A stretch of DNA of 64,000 bases from Pirellulales bacterium (GCA_963733035.1 CAVTBU010000005.1:800001-864000), one strand, 5' to 3'. Positions 1-10,960 are shown, counted from the first letter of the stretch. The notes: generated from the letters alone by a model not told the origin. Numbers and translations are program-made.

Positions 1-1500
1 ACGGCTCCACGATGATCACCGGTCGCTGTTGTCCCGGCTCGCCGACGCCAACCAATGCCGATCGGTAAACGGCCGGGTGCTGGTTGTAGACCGCCTCGCA
101 GGGAATCGTGAACATGGTCCCCGTGACCGTTTGCACGCGATGCGCCTTTCTCCCACAGAACCAAAAGCGCCCCGCATCGTCGAGATAGCCAACGTCGCCC
201 ATGCGATGCCAGGTATGATCACCATCGATGATTTTGGCCAGTGCGTTCGATTCCCGTCGGGTTACGTACTTCTGCGTAACCACTGCTCCGCGAACAACGA
301 TTTCGCCAATTTCGCCGGCCGGTAGCTCAACTGCGTCTTCGATCCGCGCGAGCGGACGGTCGCTGATTTCAATAATCTTCCATTCGATGCCCGGAAATCG
401 ATGGCCAACACAAGTGCCGCGCCCTTGCGCCAGAGATGCCGCGTTTCACCCAGAATTGCGCTGGCCGAAAGGGAGGCCACGGGCAATGCTTCGGTCGCTC
501 CATACGGCGTATGCACGTCGCCGTCAGTCGCAATGCAGCCTTTCATTCGCGCAAGCACGTGGGGCGGCACTGGCGCACCGGCGGAAATCACGCGGCGCAA
601 GGAAGGCATGGCAACGTTTCGCTGCTGACAATACTGGCCAACCCGGTTCCAAACAGCCGGAGACGCGAACGATTGCGTGGCCTGCCAGTCGTGCACGGCC
701 TCGACGATGTTACGAGGATTGACGCGGGCAGGCCGCGTCGGATCCATGTCGGGGACGACGGTGGTAACACCCATCGCACAATTGAAGAGCCCAAACAGCG
801 GGAAGCCGGGAACGTCGACTTCGCCCGGCTCGATGCCGTAGAACTCGGCTAGTTCCGTGACTTGCCGATCGAAGTTGCCATGACAATAAAGGACCCCCTT
901 TGGCGGACCCGTGCTCCCGGTCGTAAAGATGATGGCGGCCGGATCCTGCGATGCCGTATCGTGGCAGAACGTGTCGGGGGAACCCATGTCCCGCAGTTCG
1001 TCGAGGGTCACGCCGTCCCCATACCATTTGCGACCGACGGTCACATTCAGTCGCGCCCGGGCGAACTTCGCCCGCAAGAGCCTCCGAACCACATGCACCG
1101 CCGGAATGGCAATGAAACCCTGCGGATCGGCGTCGGCAAGACAACGCACGAGGTTGCGCCGCCCCATGCCGGGGTCGATCAACACGATCACCGCGCCAAC
1201 CTTGAACAGCGCAAAAACCAGTGCGATGAACTCGCGGCCAGGACGTACAAGCAAGGCCATGCGCATGCCCGGTTGCACCCCCAGACGCCTAAGGCCGCTG
1301 GCCAACCGGTTGCTTTCCTCCTCTAAATCGCGGAAGGAGCAAGATTGATATTGTCGTTGCCGCCGACTGCGGCGCCCCGGCACGGCAATCGCCACCGCGT
1401 TTGGCATCCGAGCCGCCATCGCCGCGAGGCGCCGCGCAACATTCACGCCCCGAGCATCGGTGGGGCTGGAGTGCAGCGGAGAAATGGCCGCTTTCGTCAT
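1..1500 (-). CDS. oleC: OleC-like fatty acid-CoA ligase / olefin beta-lactone synthetase; runs off the window end; one frameshift near 420
   Basis: AMP-binding motif IIFTTGSTGPPKG, plus LIDPGMG, DMDPTRPA and TPYGATE. After a 1-nt shift near 420 the reading continues GTCVG...WHRMGDVGYLD...FWFCGRKAHRV. Confidence 0.8.
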
Positions 1501-1525
1501 GACAGTTTTTTCGCCCCAGTGCTGA

Positions 1526-2404
1526 TCAGTTCGCGACGACCTGCGCCTCAACAAAATCCAGAACGTGCCGGGCCACGTCCACGTCGAGCACGCGTGACAG
1601 GGATTGCCAACCTGGCACGGCGTTAACTTCGATCACGTACAATTGACCGTCGCGCCCGGGGAGCAGATCGACACCAGCTACCGTGGCGCCAATCGCCACC
1701 GTGGCACGGCGCGCCAGATCGGCCCATTCGGGAAGCAATTCGACCCGTTCGGCGACGGCCCCACGACTGACGTTCGTTCGCCAATCGAGCGGATTTCGGC
1801 GACGCATGGCCCACATCCGCTCGCCGACTACGAGCACCCGCAGGTCGTATCCATCATGTGGAACGAATTGCTGCACGTAAAGCACGGCCCCCAAACCGGT
1901 GAGAAGACTGAAGGTGCGTTGCGCCAGCCCCTCGTCACCGACCCGGGCGATGCCTCGCCCTTCGCCCCCAAACAGCGGCTTTACGACGACGTCGCCCCCG
2001 AGTCGCTCAAATGCCGTCATTCCCGTTTCGACAGATTGACAGACGCTCGTTGGCGGAGTCGGAAGCCCGGCCGCCTGTAATTTGGCGCTGGCCAGGTACT
2101 TGTCGACAGCCGCTTCGATGGCTCGCGCTGGATTGATTACGACTTTGCCGGCGGCCTCCAACCGGGCCAGCACGTCCATTCGCATGACAACCTGCTCCAG
2201 CGATCCCGGCGGCATGGTGCGCACCAGTATCGCATCCACGTCGAGTAAATCGATGCCGGCAACCGTGAAGCAGGGCCCCTCGCGCGTAAGTTCTGCCGCC
2301 AGGTCGCGGAACACTAGCGGGGTTACCTGGTGGCGGTCGGCGGACGCCCGGCGAAAGTCCTTGAGATACCAGCTGTTCGGCGAGCAAAGAATTGCGACGT
2401 GCAT
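1526..2404 (-). CDS. RimK-family ATP-grasp ligase (Orf5/MptN-like, H4MPT-linked); in frame with mch in this assembly
   Basis: VRTMPPGSLEQVV, VVKPLFGGEGRG, WRTNVSRG, EVNAVPGW. Has its own ATG at 2404 preceded by GGAG. Confidence 0.8.
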   Translation of the reverse strand: MHVAILCSPNSWYLKDFRRASADRHQVTPLVFRDLAAELTREGPCFTVAGIDLLDVDAILVRTMPPGSLEQVVMRMDVLARLEAAGKVVINPARAIEAAVDKYLASAKLQAAGLPTPPTSVCQSVETGMTAFERLGGDVVVKPLFGGEGRGIARVGDEGLAQRTFSLLTGLGAVLYVQQFVPHDGYDLRVLVVGERMWAMRRRNPLDWRTNVSRGAVAERVELLPEWADLARRATVAIGATVAGVDLLPGRDGQLYVIEVNAVPGWQSLSRVLDVDVARHVLDFVEAQVVAN

Positions 2405-3388
2405 CGGGCGCGTCTCCAACGCTGCTAAGTGCGCAGCGTGGCGGAGGTCAAACGACTCGTGAATCACGCGCGGCAAGGTGCGCCCGAAAGTAAAAGTATG
2501 GCCGGTATCAAGGTTCGAAAAGGTAATCCGGGCCGGGCTGAACAGATGAGGATCGATCTTATAGAAATCTCGATGGTACCGCTCGAAGATGGCGGCGAAT
2601 GGTTGGCCGTGGTCGGGCGAAGCGCCGCTGGGAACTTTGGGCCCAAGCGCTTCCAAGCTGGCGTCATCGCCGCGAACGTAAATTGTTGCTTCGCCGCCGT
2701 AGAGAATCGCATCGTTGGTTCGCCCAATTGCAACCAGGTCGTCGGCCGATGCTGGAGGCAGCGGCGCCGTACCAAAGCCGCTCACGACGCGTGACAAATC
2801 AAAGTCCAATTCGAACAGTTTGTGCAGCGCCGTCTCGACGCTGCGGGCCACAACCTGGATCGTGCCAGCGAGGCTCGCCGTCGGAGCCAGCAGCAACGTC
2901 AGCTTCTCCGGAGCCACGCCACAACTGTCGGCCAGGTTTTGGCAAACGTCGTCGGGCGGAAATTGCCGAGTCTCCAGCACTCCCACGGCACGGTCCGCCT
3001 TTTCTATGTGCCCAATCTTCTCGAACAAGGCTTCCTTGGCAGCCAGTGCTCGCATCGGCCCCGATCCCATGGCGAAAAACTTGCTGCCGGTGATCCGCCA
3101 ACCGGCATACTGCGAGGCCATGCAAGCCGCCACGGGGTGATCGGTGAACACCAAAACCGCCAGCCCTGGCGTGTTGTCGAGCGACGAGGGGACCAACTGG
3201 ACGCTTCCCAGGCCTGCAAGACAGATCTCGGCCAGGCGACGGCCCGTTTCGAGCCCGCCCGGTGTATCGATACCACAGTCCACCAGCAGCGTGCCGCAGG
3301 CCGTATTTCGCCGGCTGATACGTAGCAACTCACGATCGCCCAATAGAGCGTCGCATAGCTTGGCGGCTTGCGGATTCAGGGAGGGCAT
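2405..3388 (-). CDS. mch: Methenyltetrahydromethanopterin cyclohydrolase (no stop before the RimK-like ORF)
   Basis: PVAACMASQYAGW, AMGSGPMRA, TASLAGTIQVVARSVETALHK, GRTNDAILYGG, DFYKIDPHLFSPA. Confidence 0.9.
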
Positions 3389-3608
3389 CGAATTACCGGC
3401 GGAAAACCTGACCGTCAATTGGCACGCTCATAATGCCCTGTCGCGCTGGCCCATGCAATGCCCGGAAAAGGCCAGCGACGGCCGACGACATTGCGAAATT
3501 GTAACGCCCCGGCACCCTGGTCTCGGCGTGGCGGCGTTATTTCGCGCGGGCTACAATTGCTATACGTATCGCGAGTTTCCCTATGGCGCGGTTGGACGGG
3601 AGGCAGTT

Positions 3609-4269
3609 TTGGCAAGCCTGACAGTTGAGAATTACATCAAAGCAATTTTTCAGATTTGTCAGTCGGGTGACGGACAGGCGGCGACGGGGCAATTGGCCAC
3701 GGCGTTGAGCGTATCGCCCGGCACCGTGACCAGCATGCTCAAGACGCTAAGCGAGAGCAAGCTGGTCACCTACACGCCCTACGAGGGCGTGCGGTTGACC
3801 AATGCCGGAACCGCGCTGGCGCTGCGCGTCGGTACGGCGCCATCGACTGATCGAATTGTTCCTGGTCAAAACGCTCGATCTCTCCTGGGACGAAGTTCAC
3901 GAGGAAGCCGAGCACATGGAACATGCCGTGAGCGATCGGCTCATCGACCGCATCGATGCGTTCCTGGGCCATCCCGAATCGGATCCCCACGGCGACCCTA
4001 TTCCTCGTTCCGATGGCACGCTAAAAATGCCCAATGCCCACTCGCTCGCCGAATGTAGGGTTGGCGACGCGTTCCAACTCGCGCGCGTCATCGATCAGTC
4101 GCCGGAGTTCCTCCGCTTCTTGAGTGGCTCAGGTCTGCCGCTGGGCGTGGCCGGCCAAGTCGTGGCCAACACGCCGGAAGCCGGCATTGTGACCATCCGC
4201 GTCAATGGCCACGAGACGACCCTTGGCCAGGCAGCGGCCGAAAAGCTGCTGGTCACGGCGCCGAACTAG
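3609..4269 (+). CDS. DtxR/MntR-family metal-dependent regulator with FeoA-like C-domain; frameshift near 3831
   Basis: ENYIKAI...VSPGTVTSMLK...YTPYEGVRLT, then in the next frame RRHRLIELFL...VHEEAEHMEH...DPHGDPIP. Confidence 0.85.
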
Positions 4270-4284
4270 GCGCACTGCCCCCCG

Positions 4285-4320
4285 AAAAAAAAGCCACTGC
4301 CTCCCGTAAGAGACAGTGGC
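4285..4320 (-). terminator. Intrinsic terminator of the 4349-5995 gene
   Basis: Hairpin GCCACTG...CAGTGGC preceded on the + strand by A8 (U-tract on the - strand). Confidence 0.65.
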
Positions 4321-4348
4321 CCGAGACGGTTGTCCCGTTTGTAGATTA

Positions 4349-5995
4349 CTACGCGTCCGTGCCTGCTGGAATTCCAGCCGCTGGTGGAGTTTTCGGCTGA
4401 GCCGCGGGTGCGCTGGCAGCGGGAGCCGCGCCGTCCAGTTTTGGCTGCTGGTCGGAATTCTGGACGGCCGCCGGCGGGCGGGCCGGAATGCCAGCTTGCT
4501 TGGCGAATATGTCACGCAACTTCTGCGCTCCCACGTCGCGTGGCTCGATGTCAAGTGCCTTGTCCAACTCGCGCACGGCTTGCTTCGGATAATTCAAGTA
4601 ACCGAAGTGGTAACCAAGCAGAAATCGAATGGCCCCATCGTCGGGCTTTGCATCGCGGGCTTTTTCGGCGGCACGAATCTGATTGGTGTAGTCCTCGATA
4701 TTGCCGTAAAGCTGCGTGTAATTCTTCACCACGTTGCCCCACTCGCTTTCCGGGAGCATTTGCATGGCCATCTGCACGGTGTTCGCCGCGGCATCGTATT
4801 GACCGAGCGCGAACATCGCTTGCCCCATCAGCAAGACGACAGCACCGTTGTCGGGATTGTCGACCATCGCATGCTGCCAATCGCGGAGAGCCTGTTCGTA
4901 GCTTCCAGTGCGGAAGGCCTGTTCGCCAACGCTGACAAAATCATCGGCGCTGGCCAGTTGACCCGTCGTTGGTGTGGGCTGCGAAGCGGCGCCTGATGAA
5001 TTGGCATAGATGTAGGTCGTCGACGGATAGCCACCATAGCCCGCGTAGCCGTAGTAGGGATACCCATAGCCATATCCGTAACCGCCCCAACCTCCGTAGC
5101 CGAGACCGTAGCCCAAACCGTAGCCAAGACCCCAACCATAGTACGGGAATCCGAAGCCCCAGCTCAGCAGGCTATAGGGATAGAAGCCTCGGTAATAGCC
5201 ACGACGACCGTAGCCGTACCAGCCATTGTTCCGGCCCCACCAGTTGTTGTTCCAGTTTCCGTGGTGGCCATAGCCACCGTAATGGTTCCAGTTCCCACCG
5301 TTCCAATTTCCACCCTGGTGGCCATGGTGCGCGAAGTTTCCACCGCCCGAATTGGATGGGAACCGGAAGCTTTGTCGTGCGCCGTTGGCCAGGCTCCCGG
5401 TGCTATTGAAGTTGCGGCCGACGAAGTTATTGCCCGGCGTGTGCCGTGAGCCACTGAACGAATTGGCCCGCGCGAACGAGCTCATGCTGGAGGTCCGATT
5501 TCCGAAGGACGAACGGTTGCCCGAGAACGTCCCGAAGTTCGAACTACCGCCAGGATGCGTGTTTCCGCTGAAGTTTCGGTGCACGAAGTTGGAACCGCCA
5601 CCGAAATTGTGACTTCCGGAGAAGCCGCGAGCACCCGACAGCGAACCACCAGAAAACGAGGACCCACCACGCGAGAAAGACGGCATGCTACCGCGCGAAA
5701 AGGATCCGCCATGCGAAAACGACGGCGAACCACCACGCGAGAAGGAAGAACCGCCATGAAAACTATGGCCGCCGCTGAAGCTGTGGCCGCCTCCACCGAA
5801 ACTGTGGCCGCCACCGTGGAACCCACCACCGCCGTGGAACCCACCACCGCCATGGAAGCCTCCACCGCCGTGGCCGCCGCCGCCATGGCCGCCACCGCCG
5901 CCGCCATGGCCACCACCGTGCGCCAGTGCCGACGTCGCCGGCAACAATAAGAGGGTCGCCATCAAGGCGACCAAAAACCGATTAGCGACTTTCAT
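4349..5995 (-). CDS. Secreted Gly/His/Asn/Tyr-rich low-complexity protein with C-terminal TPR domain
   Basis: Signal peptide ending ALA-H; GGGGFH and SFSRGG repeats; GYG-rich segment; TPR-like helices (GEQAFRTGSYEQA, FLLGYHFGYL). Confidence 0.75.
   Translation of the reverse strand: MKVANRFLVALMATLLLLPATSALAHGGGHGGGGGGHGGGGHGGGGFHGGGGFHGGGGFHGGGHSFGGGGHSFSGGHSFHGGSSFSRGGSPSFSHGGSFSRGSMPSFSRGGSSFSGGSLSGARGFSGSHNFGGGSNFVHRNFSGNTHPGGSSNFGTFSGNRSSFGNRTSSMSSFARANSFSGSRHTPGNNFVGRNFNSTGSLANGARQSFRFPSNSGGGNFAHHGHQGGNWNGGNWNHYGGYGHHGNWNNNWWGRNNGWYGYGRRGYYRGFYPYSLLSWGFGFPYYGWGLGYGLGYGLGYGGWGGYGYGYGYPYYGYAGYGGYPSTTYIYANSSGAASQPTPTTGQLASADDFVSVGEQAFRTGSYEQALRDWQHAMVDNPDNGAVVLLMGQAMFALGQYDAAANTVQMAMQMLPESEWGNVVKNYTQLYGNIEDYTNQIRAAEKARDAKPDDGAIRFLLGYHFGYLNYPKQAVRELDKALDIEPRDVGAQKLRDIFAKQAGIPARPPAAVQNSDQQPKLDGAAPAASAPAAQPKTPPAAGIPAGTDA
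5811..5873 (-). repeat. 18-bp tandem repeat encoding GGGGFH
   Basis: Unit CCGTGGAACCCACCACCG repeated about 3 times with divergence. Confidence 0.6.
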
Positions 5996-6291
5996 TGCGT
6001 ATGTCCTTATTCAACCGCCCCGTTTCTTGTCGCCACGTAATATTCTACGCGGTGGCGGAACGGTCGATTGCGCCAAACGCCTTACTTGCAAGAAATTAAT
6101 TCAAGTCAGCCGACCAACTGGCCGGTCGTGGGGGCAGGGCAACCCTTACGGCCGGATGACGTCCATTCGGCTGACCGGAACTCGGTCAGTGGAACGGGCC
6201 ACGGCGTGCTCCGGGAGGTTTTTGGCGATGAAAAACGGAGCCTTTGACGAACTGTCTCGCGTGCGTAAGAATAGCCGTGACGTTTTTCCGC

Positions 6292-6407
6292 TTCGGCCTC
6301 CGATGAGAGGCCCTCGCAATGGGGACCTGTGAACCTGGTCAGGGACGAAAGTCAGCAGCCATAAGCAGTCATCTCTTTGTGCGACGGGTCTCTCATCGGA
6401 GGCCGAA
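6292..6407 (+). ncRNA. ffs: Signal recognition particle RNA (4.5S)
   Basis: Domain IV motif GGTCAGG-GAC-GAAA-GTC-AGCAGC. Terminal stem 6292-6313 pairs with 6386-6407. Canonical position upstream of dnaX. Confidence 0.9.
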
Positions 6408-6492
6408 CCTCTTTCGGGCCAATGGATTGCAGTGCATGGCCCGCTGAAATTAAAACCGGCCGCTTCCGCAAGCGGCCCTGAGCCACGCCAAG

Positions 6493-8247
6493 ATGGCCGT
6501 ACCCCCCGTTAAACCGACGGACAAACCGCTCGCGCTGGACGGCCTTCCACCGCGACAGGCCGAATACGTCGTCGTGGCCCGTCGCTACCGCCCGCAGACG
6601 TTCGACGAGCTCATCGGGCAAGATCACGTTGCACGGGCGCTCAAGGGGGCCATCGCGGCCAACCGCGTCGGGCACGCCTACTTGTTCACCGGCGCGCGGG
6701 TGTGGGCAAGACGTCGGCCGCTCGGATCCTGGCCAAATCCCTCAATTGCGAACAGGGCCCCACGGCCACTCCCTGCAATCAGTGCGACATCTGCCGCAGC
6801 ATCAGCACGGGCAGCGATGTCGATGTGTTGGAAATTGACGGTGCCAGTAACCGAGGCATCGACGAGATCCGTCAGCTTCGGCAAAACGTCAACATCCGCC
6901 CTAGCCGGGCGCGGTTTAAAATCTATATCATTGACGAAGTGCACATGCTCACTCGCGAGGCCTTCAATGCCTTGCTCAAGACGCTCGAAGAGCCGCCCGA
7001 GCATGTGAAGTTCATCTTTTGCACGACGGAAGCGAACAAGATCCCGGTCACGATTCTGTCGCGTTGCCAACGGTTCGATTTCGCCGGCATCCATTTGGCT
7101 TCCATCGTCGAGCGGCTATCGCAGATCGTGGCCGCCGAAGGAATCAACGCCGAAGCCGAGGCGCTGGCCATCCTGGCGCGACGTGCCGGCGGCTCGATGC
7201 GTGATAGCCAGTCACTGCTGGAACAGTTGCTGGCGCTGGGCGGCGAGACCATCACCGCCCAGGATGTGCATGCGATGCTGGGGACGGCCGGCGACGCGCG
7301 GCTGGCGCAGCTCGTGGAACACCTCTCGGCGCATGACGCCGCTGGCGCAATCGCCGATCTCGACGCTGCTACCACCGAGGGCGTCGACGTCGGACAATTG
7401 CTCGAACAACTGCTGGGTTACTTTCGCGATATGATGCTGGCGACTGTCGGTTGCCCGTCCGACGCGATGATGCACGCCGCACCAGGTCGTTATGACGAAT
7501 TCGTCGCGGCCGGACGCGAAACGGGATTGGAAACGATTCTGGCGATCATGCAGATCCTCGACCACACCTTGTCGCGTTTGCGGTACACCACGCAGGGCCG
7601 TACGCTGACGGAGATGGCGCTGGTGCGAATTGCGAGCTTGGAACGTCTTGACGAATTGGCAGATTTGATCGCCGATTTGCAAAGCGGCTCTCCAGCGGAC
7701 ACAGACAGCAGAACGTCCGTGGCTGCCAGCCGGCACGCTTCATCGGCCGGGTCTTCCGCTGCGGCAAAAAAAAAAGCTGAACAGCGAAAAGACGATGGCC
7801 CCCAGGTCGCCTCGGAAACCAACGGTCGCGCCGCACCGCGAGACGAATCTAACCAGCCGGAACGCTCAGCAGGTATGGCAGCAAGCGCTGGCAAGTCTCG
7901 AAGGTCTGTTGGCCGAAAACGCGTCGCTTTGCGAAAGCGTAGCTGCCCCTGGAGACGGTCGTCTGGTCGCTGCTTTTCGCGCGAAGTATAATTCCTGCAG
8001 AACGTTCTGCGAGCGGGCCGAGCAACTGGCGCAGCTTGAACGAGTGCTGGGCGAGATTATTGGCGGCCGCGTCAAACTCGAATTCACCACGCTCGCGGAT
8101 GATCCGAAATCGAGTTCTTCCCCTAAGCGAGCCGTGCCGCAGCGCCAGCGAATGGCCGAGGTAGCCGACCAACCGATGATCCGCCGCGCGGCTGAATTGT
8201 TCGACGCCCACGTGGTCCGTATTGAAGAACCAAGCGAACCTGGCTGA
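6493..8247 (+). CDS. dnaX: DNA polymerase III subunit gamma/tau; frameshifts near 6700 and between 7766 and 7850
   Basis: [49 protein letters not shown]-terminal tau segment ends [12 protein letters not shown]. Confidence 0.9.
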
Positions 8248-8274
8248 TACGCCATTCGAAAGGAACGATGCAGC

Positions 8275-8655
8275 GTGTTTGAAGGACTCGGCAAATTGGC
8301 GAACCTTGGTTCGATGCTCAAACAGGCCCAGCAGATGGGCGGACGCCTCAAGCAGCTTACCGAGGAGTTGAAGACGAAGCGGGCCGAGGGATCTGCCGGC
8401 GGCGGGCTCGTAACGGTTGACGTAAACGGGTTGGGGGAAGTCCTGGCCTGCCGGATCGACCCGTCGCTGGTCACGGGTGGCGATCGCGAGTTGCTAGAGG
8501 ATCTGATTCCGGCGGCCGTGAATCAGGCCGTGGCGAAAAGTAAGGAGCTTCACGCCGAGGCAATGAAATCGCTCACCGAAGGGATCGACATGCCGGGGCT
8601 CAACTCGATGCTGTCACAACTTTCGGGGGGTGACGCAGAGCCGCCAACCTCTTAA
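8275..8655 (+). CDS. ybaB: YbaB/EbfC nucleoid-associated protein
   Basis: MLKQAQQM, GSAGGGLVTV, LLEDLIPAAVNQA. dnaX-ybaB-recR synteny. Confidence 0.9.
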   Translation: MFEGLGKLANLGSMLKQAQQMGGRLKQLTEELKTKRAEGSAGGGLVTVDVNGLGEVLACRIDPSLVTGGDRELLEDLIPAAVNQAVAKSKELHAEAMKSLTEGIDMPGLNSMLSQLSGGDAEPPTS

Positions 8656-8751
8656 TGGGCGCGCGATGCCAAAATAGTTAGCCGCCGAATGGCGCCGGGA
8701 ATCGGACCAGATCGGCAACGGACCTATGAACAATTCGCAGGACATTACAGC

Positions 8752-9345
8752 TTGATCAGCGAATCGGTAACCAAGTTGGTGGAGGAGTTTGCAAAGCTGC
8801 CGGGGATCGGCAAGAAATCGGCCGAGCGGCTGGCCTACCACATTCTCCGAGTCCACCAATCGGAGGCGTTGGCCCTTTCGGACGCCATTCGCCACGTAAA
8901 AGAAAACGTCCGCTACTGCCGGAACTGCTATAATCTCACAGAGCAGGACGAGTGCGAGATCTGTCGCGACCCGAAACGCGATCGCAGTCAGCTTTGCATC
9001 GTCGAACAACCTCGCGACCTGATCGCTCTGGAACAGCCGGGAACCTACCGCGGATTGTACCACGTTCTGCTCGGACGGATCGCTCCGCTGGAAGGCATCG
9101 GCCCGGAAGACCTGACCATCGAGCCGCTGGTGGAACGGGTCCGGCAAGGCATTTTTCGCGAAGTGATCATGGCCACCAATCCGACCCTGGAAGGCGACGG
9201 CACGGCACTTTACATTTCGAACTTATTGGCCGGAATGCCGCTGGAGATCACGCGATTGGCTCGGGGCATCACGAGCGGCAGCGTGCTAGAATTTGCTAAC
9301 AAAGAGATACTGGCCGACGCCCTGGCGGGCCGTCAGAAGTTTTAG
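8752..9345 (+). CDS. recR: Recombination mediator RecR (start uncertain)
   Basis: [17 protein letters not shown]4 zinc finger, TOPRIM motif [16 protein letters not shown]. Confidence 0.92.
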   Translation: MISESVTKLVEEFAKLPGIGKKSAERLAYHILRVHQSEALALSDAIRHVKENVRYCRNCYNLTEQDECEICRDPKRDRSQLCIVEQPRDLIALEQPGTYRGLYHVLLGRIAPLEGIGPEDLTIEPLVERVRQGIFREVIMATNPTLEGDGTALYISNLLAGMPLEITRLARGITSGSVLEFANKEILADALAGRQKF

Positions 9346-9385
9346 ATCGAACAACACCAGTTTTAGCCGAAACAACGCGGGCGTT

Positions 9386-10921
9386 ATGCGACTTTCATTC
9401 GGTCAAGAGTTGCGATTGGTTCAGAAGCAGGTGCTCGCACCCCGCATGATCCAATCGATGGAAATCCTGCAGCTGCCGATCATGGCCTTGCAGGAACGCA
9501 TCGAGCAGGAGATCCAAGAGAATCCTGTCTTGGACTTGACCGAGGAAGATAGCGATCTACCCGAGGAACAGATCGACGCCGAGAATCCAAACGCTCCAAC
9601 GGAAGAGGAGCGTGAATTAGTCGTCGACGAGGGCAAAAACAACGAAGAGGATTTCGAGCGACTGCTCAATATGGATGAGGAGTTTCCCGATCACTTCGAG
9701 GAACGGACTCGACCGTCGAGCACGCGCGTGGAAGAAGAGGGCGCTCGCAAGCACGACGCCATGGCCAACATGGTGGCCCGGCCGCAATCGCTGCAAGACT
9801 ATTTGCACGATCAGCTGGGTTGGTTCAATCTTGACGCCGATCTGCGATCGATGTGCGATCGCATCATCTACAACCTCGACGCCAACGGTTATCTGCAATC
9901 GCGCCTTGAGGACCTCATCGACCCTAACGCGGCGCCGGAGCAATTGGCGCTTGCGCAACGGGCACTGGCCATCGTGCAGAAGCTCGACCCACCAGGCGTC
10001 GCCGCGCGCGACTTGCGAGAATGCTTGCTGCTGCAACTCACGGCGGGCATGCCACACTACGAACAACTCAAGACGCTTATCTCCAGCCATCTGGAAGACC
10101 TGGAACACAATCGCCTGCCAGCCATTGAACGAAAAACGGGGTACTCGATCGCGCTGATTCAACAGACTCTGGGAGAGTTGCGGAAGCTAAACCCCAAGCC
10201 TGGCGCGAATTTCGGTGAAGTGTTCGTGCCGAACGTCATTCCCGACGTGTTTGTTGAACTGGGCGACGACGGCAAATATCGCGTGCGTCTCGAAGATGGC
10301 CGCACACCGAAGCTCTATATCAGCCCCACCTATCGCAACATCCTAATGAGCGATAAGGCCAACGCCGAAACGCGGGAATATATCAAGCGCAAGATCAATT
10401 CGGCCCAGTGGCTGATCGAGTCGATCGAGCAGCGCCGCAACACGCTGACGCGCGTGGCCCAGGCCATCGTCGATCACCAGACGGAATTCCTCAGCAAGGG
10501 CCCGGAAGCGATCGAGCCTTTGAAAATGCAGCAAATTGCCGACAAGGTCGGCGTGCACGTGACCACGGTCAGCCGGGCGGTGGACGACAAATGGATTCAG
10601 ACGCCGCGGGGCATCTTCCCGCTCAAGCGGTTCTTCTGCGGCGGCACGGTGAGCGCCGACGGCGAGGAAGTGGCCTGGGACACGGTGCGGCTGAAGCTCC
10701 AGGAAATCATCGACAACGAAAACAAGCAACACCCATTGAGCGACGACGAGTTGGTTCGCGAGCTCGGCAAGCATGGTTTGACGGTCGCCCGCCGTACCGT
10801 GACCAAGTATCGCAAGGCAATGGACATTCCTAGCAGCCGTCAGCGCCGCGACTGGAGCGCCGAAGCCAGCGACGTGCAACCTGCCGCCGCCGAAGTGAAC
10901 GGTGCGCAAAAGGACGAATAG
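9386..10921 (+). CDS. rpoN: RNA polymerase sigma-54
   Basis: Region I QSMEILQLP, HTH VHVTTVSRA, RpoN box ARRTVTKYR. Confidence 0.95.
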   Translation: MRLSFGQELRLVQKQVLAPRMIQSMEILQLPIMALQERIEQEIQENPVLDLTEEDSDLPEEQIDAENPNAPTEEERELVVDEGKNNEEDFERLLNMDEEFPDHFEERTRPSSTRVEEEGARKHDAMANMVARPQSLQDYLHDQLGWFNLDADLRSMCDRIIYNLDANGYLQSRLEDLIDPNAAPEQLALAQRALAIVQKLDPPGVAARDLRECLLLQLTAGMPHYEQLKTLISSHLEDLEHNRLPAIERKTGYSIALIQQTLGELRKLNPKPGANFGEVFVPNVIPDVFVELGDDGKYRVRLEDGRTPKLYISPTYRNILMSDKANAETREYIKRKINSAQWLIESIEQRRNTLTRVAQAIVDHQTEFLSKGPEAIEPLKMQQIADKVGVHVTTVSRAVDDKWIQTPRGIFPLKRFFCGGTVSADGEEVAWDTVRLKLQEIIDNENKQHPLSDDELVRELGKHGLTVARRTVTKYRKAMDIPSSRQRRDWSAEASDVQPAAAEVNGAQKDE

Positions 10922-10960
10922 AGTCGTTGCTTGGCCACTTCGCACAGAAGTGCCGATGAT

